DNA from: Acanthaster planci
Taxonomy: Eukaryota
DNA: 64,000 nt
Direction: 5' to 3'
Assembly (NCBI RefSeq): GCF_001949145.1
Contig: NW_019091362.1
Location: 2,301,838 to 2,365,837 of the forward strand
The translations under genes were made by a program, and so were the position numbers. The notes below the pieces were generated by a model. That model was not told the DNA's origin and ran no database searches. It saw only the letters and a program-made list of their open reading frames with translations. Below, one piece after another: positions 51,561-62,955 of the stretch (position 1 is the first letter of the stretch; each line of letters opens with the position of its first letter).

Positions 51561-51878
51561 GCAAGGCAGATCCAGAGCATGCAGAAACTGACGAACCGGG
51601 AGGAGAGGGTGAAAAAAGGCAAACAGCCGGCCCAAAAAAGGGCAACCCAGCCTGGTGGCAAGCCCAAGAAGGGCGTGGCACCTGCCCCGCCCTCCTCCAA
51701 GCTGGAGCAGCGGCTGCAGGCCAAGAGCAAGATGACGGTGCACGTGGGAGCCAAGAAGAGGTGGCGGGACCGGGGGAAGGAACTGGAGGCCCAGCAGGAG
51801 AAGCGCAGAGCCAAGAGGAGACAGCTGCTTGGGGAGGCAGGGAGGAAGCAGAGAGAGCCAGCCAGGCCTACAGGAGAG
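51561..51878 (+). CDS. RBM28: RBM28 penultimate exon (basic low-complexity tail)
   Basis: cacag|GCA AGG; 318-nt open K/R-rich frame (...HVGAKKRWRDRGK). Donor GAG|GTGAGG, phase 0 to 0. Confidence 0.85.
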
Positions 51879-52731
51879 GTGAGGGAAAGTTGCAGGGTAC
51901 GGGAACATGGAGGAGGTGATATTTAGCATAACTTTCTTAAGATTTCAGGCTTTTTGATCCCAACAAGTTGGGATTTTTGGAGGCTTAAATTCTTCTGGTT
52001 CTCTACCTCTTTGCACTTTTTAAAATTAACCGAGGGAAGGATTCATGTCGTCATAGTCATTGGGGAGAAAACTTGTGTCTTGTAGGCTATTGAAATCTGT
52101 GAAAAGTGACAGATTTTATTATTCTTGTTGTTACAATCTCTGTGCTGGATGTTTCCCGGTTTCCCCGAATCTTACCCTTGCTTAGAAAAAAAAAACGCTT
52201 CGAGCTAAAACCCAGATTGCATCAGAATCTGCAACCCTGTTGCCATTCACCAAAACCAATCAGCCCAGTTTCCAATGGGACTAAATACCTGTACATGTAG
52301 CTATCAAAGCGCCCTCTGTTGGCTTGAGGAAGAATATGACCTTACATGTACCTGCATCAATGAGAATTTCACTGAAGCAGTCCATGGGTGCATTTTCAAA
52401 TTCATGTCCTTGGCATAGTATTAAATGGAACACCGTTTGGGGAACATCATCTAATAGAAGACACAGCTGTTGCATAACACTGGGAAAGCATGCGGTACAG
52501 TAGAGTTACATTTTGAACAGAAGTTTGGTTCTCCAGCCTGCTTGTTGTCTGTTAAGACCAATACAACGGCTGACCTGGCCTGGTCATTTACATCATGTGG
52601 ATTGTATTAACAAGATGTCAGTTTTAGATATTAGGTGTCTAGCACACCCTCAAGAGACTTTCAAGAGAAAGTCAGGTTCTTATGCATACAGTCGACCCGT
52701 TTTTCTTTCTCTCTTTTCTTGCCAAATCAAG

Positions 52732-52881
52732 GGTGGAACACAGAAATCTAGGAGACACAGAAAGGGGAAGGCAGAGGACACAAAGTTTGACAAACTCGTC
52801 GCTGATTACAAACAGAAATTGTTCCGTCGAGAGGAAGCCGGCCAAGTGCTGAGAAAATCCAAATGGTTTGATGAAGGGTGA
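52732..52881 (+). CDS. RBM28: RBM28 last coding exon
   Basis: Polypyrimidine tract then caag|GGT gives GGTQKSRRHRKGKAEDTKFDKLVADYKQKL...SKWFDEG*, matching the RBM28 C-terminal FxxLVxxYKxKL...SKWF motif. Confidence 0.92.
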   Translation, partial: GGTQKSRRHRKGKAEDTKFDKLVADYKQKLFRREEAGQVLRKSKWFDEG

Positions 52882-54008
52882 CATTGAAGCAAGGATATTA
52901 GACCTTTCTTTGGTAGTGTTACAGGTTAAGTCTGTGCCAGGCAGCAATTGACACATTGTGGCTGACCTCGAGTACAGACTAAATTGTGTCATCACGAAGT
53001 TTAGAAAAACCTTACATTGCTATTTGAACACTAAATGGTAAATGATATGCACGAACCAATGTACATTATGAGGCAAATGCTACCAAGGGTGAAGTTTCTG
53101 GAAACGTTAGCTACCCATACAAAATGGCAGTCAGTGTTTGTAAACCAAAGGTCTTTACCCATTTTGTAGCAAGTACCACGCACTGAAGCTGGTGAGTTGT
53201 GTAGACGTGCAGTCAATTTCAGGAAACTACGCAGTGACATAAGCGCACTTCACCACGTTGGTTTACATACGTTGCACAAGTTAAGGGCGATTCACCAAAC
53301 GTGTATACTAAGGCGTAACTTATGCTATCATTGCAGGTGGCACAAGTTACGCCAGACAAAATGAAAATGAATGATTTTTCTGACTTATCGTGTTCTGCTT
53401 ACCATTGCTGAAGGCTTATACGAGAAATGTACAGCTTTAAGAAGGTTATGAAAAACTTGTTTGGCTGTGAGAGAACTTGGAGATTTTCTGTCCATTTCCA
53501 ACAAAGAAAGATGAAAACTTTTCCAATATGGCGGGCGGAGGTAATTTCAACAACTGTTTGATGACTGCTGTATTATTGCAAAGGAACAGCCAATGTAAAA
53601 GCTATTATCGTCCTTGTCCACAAAATTTAATATAATTAAAAAATTGCACAGCTAAGCAACTTTTTGTGAAGTGAGCCATAAGTATTAGTATGGCTACAGC
53701 ACATTTGAGGTGCAAGGTTTTCGCATGATACAAAATTATGCCACATTTCTCGAAATCAGCTACTGAACATCCAGTGTAATCATGCAACATTATGCTTTAC
53801 TTTTGTCTGAATATTGGAAGTGCCTTTTTTAAATTTCAAGTTGGCCGTCATTTTTTTCCATATTTTAGTTGTCCACATTATGTATGAACTTATATTTATG
53901 TAATTTTTTCTCTTTTTGTCAAACCTTTTCCCAGTGAATAACAATTCAGTAATATTGCAAATAATTTGCACAAGTTGCAAATTATAACTTTACTTTCAGG
54001 CATAACAT

Positions 54009-54577
54009 CCACTTGCTGCCGGGGGACCCATTTTCGAGCACATAGGCTTTATAACATGAAGCCGGGGAGCCCGAAACCAGGACAAAAGAGCTGGGCCTTG
54101 TAATAAAAGACTGAGCTGCTAGGCATTACCAACATTTTTTCACTCTCAATAGTGGAGATAATCCAGCCTTGTTTTGAAACAGTATACCACGGATTGAGGC
54201 ATTTAGTGCGAGCGGATTACCACCGGGGACAAAAGCGCTCAACTACCTAAGCGATGAGCCACACAGCACCGCTGCACGCTAATCTGGCCCCTATTGAAAA
54301 GAGGTCAGCAGCGCACTGTGCCAGGTTTGTAATCAAAAGAAATTATATAACACCGCACAGTCTGGGCTCTTTTTTACAAGGCTGCAGGTCTGGCTGAAAT
54401 ACTCGGACGTTAAGAGAGTTTGTCTGTCAGGCTACAGTGGCCACCAGACAGTAATTCATGTGGGTGTGAACGTCCATTAATTGAAATGATGAATTTTTGA
54501 AAATTTTTGAAAACTGAAAATCTTGAAATTTGCCCGTATGTGTGCACTGCATTTTCAAACCACCCGGCAGCATGTGG
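54009..54577 (-). mobile_element. piggyBac-type MITE family 1 subfamily B, inverted, between the RBM28 and DENND5 3' ends
   Basis: CCACTTGCTGCCGGGG ... CCCGGCAGCATGTGG-TTAA. Reverse complement of the 59911 copy. Confidence 0.85.
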
Positions 54578-54918
54578 TTAAGGCAGCCCTCCAACTTTTT
54601 ATTTGAGATTTTACTTTCTTTTTCAGAAGCGTAACTAAAAAAGAGAATTTCTTAGATTTCTGACCTTTTTTAAAATAAACTCAATTGTACAATCAAGAAC
54701 AAGAAGCCTTTATAACAGTTGTTTTTACAGATCGTGGCAAATCCTGCATTTCATTAAGTTGCCCCCGCGCAAAATAGTGAACTATTTGAAGAGAATAAAG
54801 TACAGGTCAGATTTATGAAACAAACCTATTTTGAGAAGATCTTGCCAGAAAGGAAACACAAAATTACACAGACATATCTGACAGACAAAAGTGGACTGGT
54901 TTTCCACATCAAAATATT

Positions 54919-54924
54919 TTTATT
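54919..54924 (-). terminator. Candidate distal polyadenylation signal of DENND5 (AATAAA on the minus strand)
   Basis: TTTATT on +, followed on the minus strand by a GU/U-rich stretch (tgtctgtcagatatgtctgtgtaattttgtgtttcc). Other candidates lie near 57162 and 56882. Confidence 0.4.
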
Positions 54925-57892
54925 CGTAATATTTTGATCATGCTGGTACAGGAAAACAAAACATATTTCACCGATGAAATTAAAAATATGCAAGTGACTT
55001 CAGACAAAATGAATACTCACATGCATTGTTTATCTTCTCAACACAGTGTAAACGTATATGCACAGAAATAAATAAACAAATTATGATGTTAATTGTAATT
55101 TTCACAATGTATATTTTAATTGAGCTGGATTAAATTGGCAAAACATTAATAGCTGGCATGACACCAAAAAAATGTGTGTGATAACTTACGTAATTTCATA
55201 TTTAAAAGTTGAACAGATCTAACTAATTACTACTTAAAAGTCTACAAAGAGAACACGTGGAGAACAGTTTGCAATAAACATTCAAACATGTTAGTGGAAA
55301 TGTAACACAGGTGGGAAATGGAGGACATAAATGAGGATAGACACCGTACATCACACCCCTGCAAGCCAGATTGCTGCTTAGCATAAATACAAATGGAACT
55401 AAAGTTGCCTTATTCCAGAATTGTATATACCTTTCAAATTAAGAACAAAAATTTGGAAATACTCAAACAGATCTCGCAAACTGCAGGGTAAGCAGTGAGA
55501 GACAGAGAATAGTCCATTAAAGGTGATGCATTACAGGCTAAGAGGAAATCTGTAGATAGCTTCAGCTGAGATACATGCTTCTGAGGGGAGGGTGAGTGCA
55601 CCTTTAAAGCAATTAACTACGACCGGTTACTGATCTAGCTTCCCAAACCTTCAACACAAGATTGGCAAGATCAAACATACAATATTGGCGTACTTGTTCC
55701 GTCAGTTATATTAAATTAATATATTTATACAGGATATATATTTTCTTTTAAAAAAGGACCTCTTCAATCAACAGCATGGATCAAACACTGCTTATAATTA
55801 AAAGAAAAATGGATATTTGTAATACTGCTTGACCGCTGATCGTATTGAATTCAAAGTAAAAAAAAAAAATTTGTACAAGGATTTCTGCAACATCTTAAGG
55901 AGTTGGTGTGATTGAAAAACATAACCATAATATAGGTCAATACGAACTACTTAAAATTTGTTTCATGATGAAACTATAGATAAAATAGCACAATTAAAGA
56001 GCAGTGCAAGCCAACAACAAAATAATTTGGGATCTTTATCAATTATGTTTTCAATTCCTACTCGCCTTTTGTTCTCAACTCGGTTTTTCAAGAGCCTTGG
56101 ATGAAAGGCAACATTAAATATATTGCTTCAATTCTCAGCTTACTGTTTCCTTGAAACAGCATTCAGTGAAAAAGCTTCCTGTGCTATCCTAAAACACTGC
56201 TGTTGTACGCCAATGACATACTCCCTGAATTTCACATTGGTAATACATGTCCTCTTGAGTCGGGAGTGATTGGTGTGAGCAGTGCCAAATCCACTGAAAA
56301 AAAAGGGAATTCAAAGTCCACGTATTTGATCTTGGAGGACCTCAAGTGATTTCACAGAGACCAGTAATTGTGCACCTGTGCACAGAGATGATGCACGAAC
56401 AAACGCTTTATACATCAGCTTACCCAACACATTCAACTACCGTCATAACGAGGAAATGTGATCAAGTCCCTAAAAGGGACTTGATGTTCCAACTCCTCAC
56501 AAACTGTGTCTCGGGAGACTGAAACTTAAATTTCACTCAAATATTTAACGTACTGAAAAATGCCACAGAACATTGTGAAAAAAAAAAATTCCATCAAACA
56601 ATGGCTAACATTCAAACTTTAACTCCCTGTTACCAGCAAGCCCGTATCTTGGTCTCTCAAAATAAATTGCTATATACATCACTTGTCTATAAATCACATC
56701 TCTATCAAAATACAGGTATTTTCATTGTAGAGTTTGGTAACAAGATAGAAGTCAAAATTCATCTTTTAAAGAATAAGGAAAATACACCAAAGGATTTCTT
56801 TTCCCCTACAAAAGAATTACAGTATTGCTCTTTCGCATTGCACAAATATTACGAAAGTGAAGTCGAGTTTTGTTTCAAATTTTTATTTTCTGTTTTGTTT
56901 CTTTTTTTTTTTTTTAATTATTTCAAGATTTTACGACAGGAAATTGAGGTATATAGTGGAAAAGATTTGGTTGTTTGTGAAACAAACAGCTAAATATTTA
57001 CTCTTTACGTAAATTTCCCTTCAAGCTGTTCAGTTTCCACAGTTCATTGACTTAATAAATTTACATTGCAGGGAGATAAAAAATATCCCCATATATCGGA
57101 GCTTTTTACAGGAAATTTTTAATTTTTAACTGTCCAACCAGTAGTTTTTGACATGAACATTTTTATTCAAAATCAATTTTCTGAAGTACCGACGTGGGGG
57201 GAGGACAAAAACTTGAAAGACAAACTACAACAAAAATTTCACAAGATTCTGTAGCACCATATTTATGAATCTCCTGACTACGTCATTTTGTTTCATTTTG
57301 CTTGAGATTTTGTTCCGGTATTCGCTTCCTCTTTTCATCGACCCAGCAGAGTCCTTTATAATGCTTCATACTGGATCACAACAAATCCAAATCTTGACAT
57401 GATTCCTTGGGATTAAAAAACATTTCTGACATTTTGTTCACCAAATACACCATATTACCTGTGATATACAAATGACTCTCGTTTCCCTACAAATGAAACA
57501 GTAAACTCTAGACCCGACTTTCATGTTGAGGATTCAAATGCAACCCTAAACTTGTGCAAACTGCTAGGAAGAACAAGACTTGTTTCTAGGAAATGGGTAA
57601 ATATCAATATATTTATGCCTTCCCAAATTCACATAATGCCCATGCCACTACCACAGAGGGATAGGTACCTGCTTTCTACCTCTCTGTTTCAAGAAGACAT
57701 CAGGTTCTTTGGGCCAATCTTTACAGTCTTCACACTTGTGACCAACACACGAGTGCTATTTTGGGGGGTATTTGCATTTCTCAAATGCTTCTGACTGGAA
57801 CGCCACGGACCATGTCTGTATAAAGCTCCATATTTTTCCAAAATGTAGCCATGTCCCTGGTGATGAAGGTCTCAGAGGTGTTGTTAATTTGC

Positions 57893-58184
57893 ATGCCAGT
57901 TGCTGTAACTCCACCCCTTTAGTGATGGATTAATCATGGGTGGGGTTTTCGTGCTTGCTGGTCTGCTGTAACTCCACCCCCTTGGTGATGGAGTAGTTTT
58001 TAGTTTGGGGTGTGGCTGACTTGCCTGCTGGTTGTTTTACTCCACCCCCTTGGAGACGGACTAATTCTGGGTGTGGCTAATTTGCCTGCTGGTAATTGTA
58101 ACTCCACCCCTCAGAGATAGAGTAACTCTGGGCGTGGCTGACTTGCCTGCTGGTCTGCTATAACTCCACTCCCTTGGTGATGGA
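57893..58184 (-). repeat. Five tandem ~62-68 bp units spanning the DENND5 stop codon and proximal 3' UTR
   Basis: The anchor (a/t)actccac recurs at 57907, 57970, 58038, 58100 and 58162. The first unit is the real coding end (SITKGVEL*). Confidence 0.9.
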
Positions 58185-58341
58185 CGACTCCAAGGAGATG
58201 TTGAACTCATCCAGCTGCATCAGGAGGTTGACCAGGAAGTCCAGAGCCGAGGTGCAGTTCAAGAAGGAGTAGTCCTCGTACATAGAAGAAGCTACGGGAG
58301 TCTCGGACAGGACAGGCAGCCACCAATGCAACATGTGATCC
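58158..58341 (-). CDS. DENND5: DENND5 last coding exon
   Basis: gacag|G GAT gives DHMLHWWLPVLSETPVASSMYED...LDEFNISLESSITKGVEL* (vertebrate EFNITLE...KG). Confidence 0.94.
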
Positions 58342-58846
58342 CTGTCAGAATCAAACCACACAGCATTCAAAGACACAACATGACAAAAACAAAACAAAAC
58401 TGACGAAATTCCCCTGGTGAGATGGAGAAAGACCCCAAAACATGACATAATTCTCAACTATGACTTGATACCAAGAAGAGACTGTCTTTGCAATCACTTT
58501 CTTTGACCCTCTTTAGTGCTGTAGCAGTAGAGTCCATCACAGGTCCTCGCAAGGTCCTCACTGGTCCCCACAAGGTCATCACTGGTCCCCACAAGGCCAC
58601 CAAAAGTCCTTGCAAGTTCGTCACAAGTTATTCAGCCTTTCAGCAAAGTCTGAAGCTATTCAACGGAACTCTGGCAAAAGTATTTCCGTTTTCATTGTTT
58701 GTCCTATTGTTACTTGTGACTGGACTTGTGATGGACACTACTCCAACACTAATCTTTCGAGATCCATTAAAATCCAGCCAGAGGTTAACGTGGATTCTAT
58801 TTCACCAACTTGACTTAGTGAGGGTTGAGAGGCGAGGAATGCATAC

Positions 58847-59021
58847 CTTATTCCGATGCAGACAAAGAGCTGGAACTTTCCATCCTTTCCTGCCTGGGCT
58901 GCCCCTTGGTTGATCTGGTGGACGGTGAAGCAGAACGTCCGTCGGGCTCGCTTCTCCTGGACAGACCCCAGCCGCCCCTCATCATCCTGGTCGATGCTGT
59001 CCAAATACTTGGCAACTTTCT
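58847..59021 (-). CDS. DENND5: DENND5 exon, RUN2
   Basis: ttcag|AG AAA gives EKVAKYLD...INQGAAQAGKDGKFQLFVCIGIR, with the GKDGKFQ motif. Donor AG|GTATGC. Confidence 0.94.
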
Positions 59022-59257
59022 CTGAATGGATTATGCAACAAAGAGAATAGTTATCATCAGCGTTGTAATGGGGCCGGTCAAAAATCACTCAGTCATTCCA
59101 CCAGCTAAAAAAATTACCTGTGAAGACAACACTCCTTTTAATTACTCATCTCTTTAAGTTCTAAGCTGAATTATGAGCTTGCTTGCAAATTGACTTGTGG
59201 ACAGTCCTATGTTTCATAACTGGCCCTAATCTAACTCTAATAATTAATTACGCTTAA

Positions 59258-59842
59258 CCACACCCTGCCTGGGGCATTTGTTGATTCTGCTGGGCCAGAG
59301 TATTTTTAATTTTTTTTCTGTTTTCAAAATTCTTTGAAAGTTCATATCCACATTTACTGGACACTTAGACCCACAAGAAGGACTGTCTGGTTCTACTCTT
59401 ATCTGACAGACAACATCTATTGACTCCAGAGTATTTCAGCCAGGCCTGCCGCCTTGTAAAAAGAGCCCAGATTGAGCAGTGTTATGTAATTTTCTTTTGT
59501 TCACAAAACCGGCACAGTGCGCTGCTGACGTCTTTTCAATAGGGGCCAGATTAGCATGCAGCATTACTGTGTGGATCATCCCTGTGGTGGTGGAGCGCTT
59601 TTGTCCCCGGCGGTAATCCGCTCGCACTGAATGCCCCAAACAGTGGTATACTGTTTAAAAAAATGCTGGATTATCTCCACTATTGACAGTGAAAAAAATG
59701 TTGGTAATTCCCAGCAGCCTGGTCTTTTGTTACGAGTATGGTCCTTCATTACAAGACCCAGTTCCCTTTGTCCAATTTTGGACACCCCAGCTGTGTATAT
59801 AAAGAACACATGCCCGAAACCAGGCTCCCCGGCAGCAAGTGG
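59258..59842 (+). mobile_element. piggyBac-type MITE family 1 subfamily A, full length
   Basis: TTAA at 59254-57 and 59843-46. TIRs CCACACCCTGCCTGGGG / CCCCGGCAGCAAGTGG. Confidence 0.88.
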
Positions 59843-59910
59843 TTAAGATATGCTGGTTTGTCTGAAACTATCCTGAATATGCAAAACATTTGAACAAAAA
59901 CTAAAATGGA

Positions 59911-60489
59911 ACATTTTGCTGCTGGGTGATTTTAAAAATGCAGTGCACACATACGGGAGATTTTCAAGATTTTCAGTTTTCAAAACTCTTTAAAAATTCA
60001 TCATTTCATTCAATGGACATTTACACCCACACGAATGACTGTTTGGTGGCTACTATAAGCTGACAGGCAACCTTCATTGACCCTTGAGTATTTCAGCCAG
60101 GCCTGCTGCCCTGTAAAGAGAGCCCAGAATAGTGAGGCGTTGCGTAATTTCCTCTGTCCCCAGTGAATGTGAGTGGCACCTTTTCAAACGCGGCTGGATT
60201 AGCATGCAGCAGTGCTGTGTCGCTCATCAGTGAGGGCCCTGAAGCACTTCTGTACACGATGCTAATCCATGAGCGCGCTATGCCCAAAACAGTGGTACAC
60301 TGTTTTAAAACGGTGACGGATTACCTTCGAAAAATGCAAGCTGAAAAATGATGGCGATTCCCAGCAGCAGGTCTTTTGTTCCGAGTACGGTCTTTTGTTA
60401 CACGGACCAGCTCTTTTGTCCCATTTCGGGTACCCCGGCTCTGTGTATAAACCCATGGTGCTCGAAATGGGGTTCCCCAGCAGCAAGTG
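59911..60489 (+). mobile_element. piggyBac-type MITE family 1 subfamily B, in tandem with the previous copy
   Basis: Degenerate left end (tgctgctgggtgattttaaaaatgcagtgcacac). Right end CCCCAGCAGCAAGTG-TTAA. Confidence 0.82.
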
Positions 60490-60817
60490 TTAAAAGTACA
60501 TTGTCTCTACCTGAGACCCAACAAAAAGTCTTAATGCTCATCAGGGTCCCGAAATCCCCTAAAAGTTTCTATTAGAACTTGACCTGAATACTGGCTCTCA
60601 ACCAGCCATTTTTCGGCTGTTAATGCCTGGGGATTCCATTCCATGACCATTTAAACATTTCTAAACGACTCCTGGTCAATAACAGGCTGAATCTAGGGTT
60701 GAAATCAACCCTGAACCTGTTCTTAGTGTCTTGGCCTCACTGTCCAAGACATTTTCATCCATCGTGTTGCCTTCTAAAGCTCACGCAAGGATTCTACTTC
60801 GGCACTGCCTTACATAC

Positions 60818-60944
60818 CTAGGAAATCCCAGATGAAGAAGTTATTCCGGAAGAGCCTTGCTGACCGGAAGCCATACTGTAGCACAATTTCCATGCACTGG
60901 ACAAGACCCCGCTCTCCGCAAAGTAGGACAGTCAGCCGGCCTCG
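60818..60944 (-). CDS. DENND5: DENND5 exon, RUN2
   Basis: accag|CGA gives [42 protein letters not shown]. Donor G|GTATGT. Confidence 0.95.
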
Positions 60945-61207
60945 CTGGTGAGGGAGGACAAAAGAAAGAGCAGTTTCAAATTACCTGTGTGGATTTGGGT
61001 ACTGACATCCACCTGTTACACTATGATTTTAAACCTGCAGCAATGTTCTTTTCTTTTTAATCCTTGCAAAACAGGTTGAAGTAAACATTCCATGCATGTG
61101 GGGTAACAAAATCAGAATGTGCGGGTTATTTAATCTTACAATGATACCAAAATGTAACAAAACTTGTGAGGTATTCCATGGGTTTTTGCACACCCTGATA
61201 GAGTCTA

Positions 61208-61263
61208 CAAATATGACACAAATATGACACAAATGACACAAATATGACACAAATATGACACAG
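61208..61263. repeat. 11-bp tandem repeat (caaatatgaca) x5
   Basis: Direct reading; one unit has a 2-nt deletion. Confidence 0.9.
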
Positions 61264-61632
61264 ACCTTGTCACTGCTGTTAATCTGTGCAATTTGCTATC
61301 CCTCACACTGGGTAATCTTCGGATTTATTAAAGACCCTAAAGCAAAACCAAACCATTGGCTGCAGTGCATTGGGACAGAGCATTGTGGTTTTCCATCCCT
61401 CATGGATGCGTAGCATAGAGATCGGGATCAGTGGAACACATTGCAAACTCTCTCAATAGGATATCCTGCACATCTGTGTTACTCGTATGCTGGTATTAGC
61501 TTGACATCAATGATGTCACCTTCCATTTCACAAACAGGACACATCAATCAATCAAACTACAGCAGCCAAGTCGTACAGAAGTCGGAGCAGGCCATCTTCA
61601 TGCACGATGGAGGTGAGCCAGGCAGTACTTAC

Positions 61633-61891
61633 CTCCTTCTCCGGCTTGTAGAAGTGCTTGACGATGTTATTGACGGCGTCGGTCAGCATCTCCTGGATGC
61701 TGTCCCGATCCAGCTTGGGGGCCTGCCCCTTGGCATGCCTCAACATGATTGGGGAGCTGGAGCGGGGCGGGGTCCGCGAACCCCGGGCCTGCTCCTCCGA
61801 CTCGGCAGGGGAGGGGAGCAGGTCGCCGACCAGGAGCCGTTCCAGGCTGTCGTCATCCACGCCACGCCCAATCCATCGCCCACAGGGGAAC
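61633..61891 (-). CDS. DENND5: DENND5 exon, end of PLAT and start of RUN2
   Basis: gtaag|G TTC gives FPCGRWIGRGVDDDSLERLLVG...AVNNIVKHFYKPEKE. Donor GAG|GTAAGT. Confidence 0.95.
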
Positions 61892-62014
61892 CTTACAGGA
61901 AGGGTAGAGAAATCACAGCACGCATAATACAAACAGTTTAACTGAAGAGAATCAAGTGCCAATCGCATATAGCCACTAAGCACACAAATTATTTGCTTAG
62001 CAAAAGCAGCTTAA

Positions 62015-62600
62015 CTACTTCCTGCCGGGGACTCCGGATCCGGACACGTACGTTTTATATGCATGGCCAGGGTCTCCAAACTCGGACAAAAGGAACAGCG
62101 CCTTGTAACAAAAGATCGTACTCAGAACAAAAGACCAGGCTGCTGGGCATTACCGACATGTTTTTTCTCTCAAAAGTGGAGATAATCCAGCCTTGTTTTG
62201 AAACAGTATACCAAGGTTTGGGGCATTTAGAGCGAGCGGATTACCACCAGGTACAAAAGTGGTCCACCATCACAGGCATGAGCCACACAGCACCGCTGCA
62301 TGCTAATCTGGTCCCTATTGAAAAGAGATCAGCAGTGCACTGAGCCAGGTTCATGAACAAAAGAATATTACGTAACACAAAAAATATGGGCTCTTTTTAC
62401 AAGACTGCAGGCCTGGCTGAAATACTCAGGCGTCGAGAGATTTTGTCTGTCTGGCTAGAGTGGATATCAGACATGCCTTCACGTGTTTGTGTCAAGTAAA
62501 TGAAGATAGGAATTTTTAACAGAACAGAAGAAACAGAAAAAAATGATAAATATCCCGCCCCAGCTTCATTAACATTGATAACGGCCCCGGCAGGAAGTGG
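62015..62600 (-). mobile_element. piggyBac-type MITE family 1 subfamily A, inverted, full length
   Basis: TTAA at 62011-14 and 62601-04. TIRs CTACTTCCTGCCGGGG / CCCCGGCAGGAAGTGG. Closest by eye to the 10817 copy. Confidence 0.9.
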
Positions 62601-62955
62601 TTAAACAAAAATTCATGTAATGTATATATGCTTCTTTGTTGGTTACCAGCTAATTATGCTGGTCACCAGCTAATTATGCTAAACACATGAATATCATGAG
62701 AAACAATTTTTCAATCAAATTGGCTCAATAAAATTGGCTCAGGGTCCAGTTTGCTTTGCAAACAAGTCTGCTCAACAATATTAAAATCTGCTACGCAAAT
62801 AAGTTGACTTGCAAAATCAATTGCATGGGACATCCACTTCCGTTTCAAGTAACAGCACACCGGATGCTTGGGTGTGCAGAAGAGATTCAAGACAAAGAAA
62901 TTAACTGTGGCTGTGAAAGGATAACTTTACTGTATGGAATTGAAAGGTTCTTTAC

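Noticed and set aside
51516..51929. Overlapping antisense and alternate-frame ORFs over RBM28, MGAT5 and DENND5 exons
   Set aside because: Expected shadows of GC-rich coding exons with no independent protein signal.
58076..58160. Programmed stop-codon readthrough of DENND5 (TAG CAG)
   Set aside because: The context TAG CAG ACC does not match known leaky motifs (UAG CAR YYA, UGA CUA) and the extension is short. Kept only as a test under the repeat finding.
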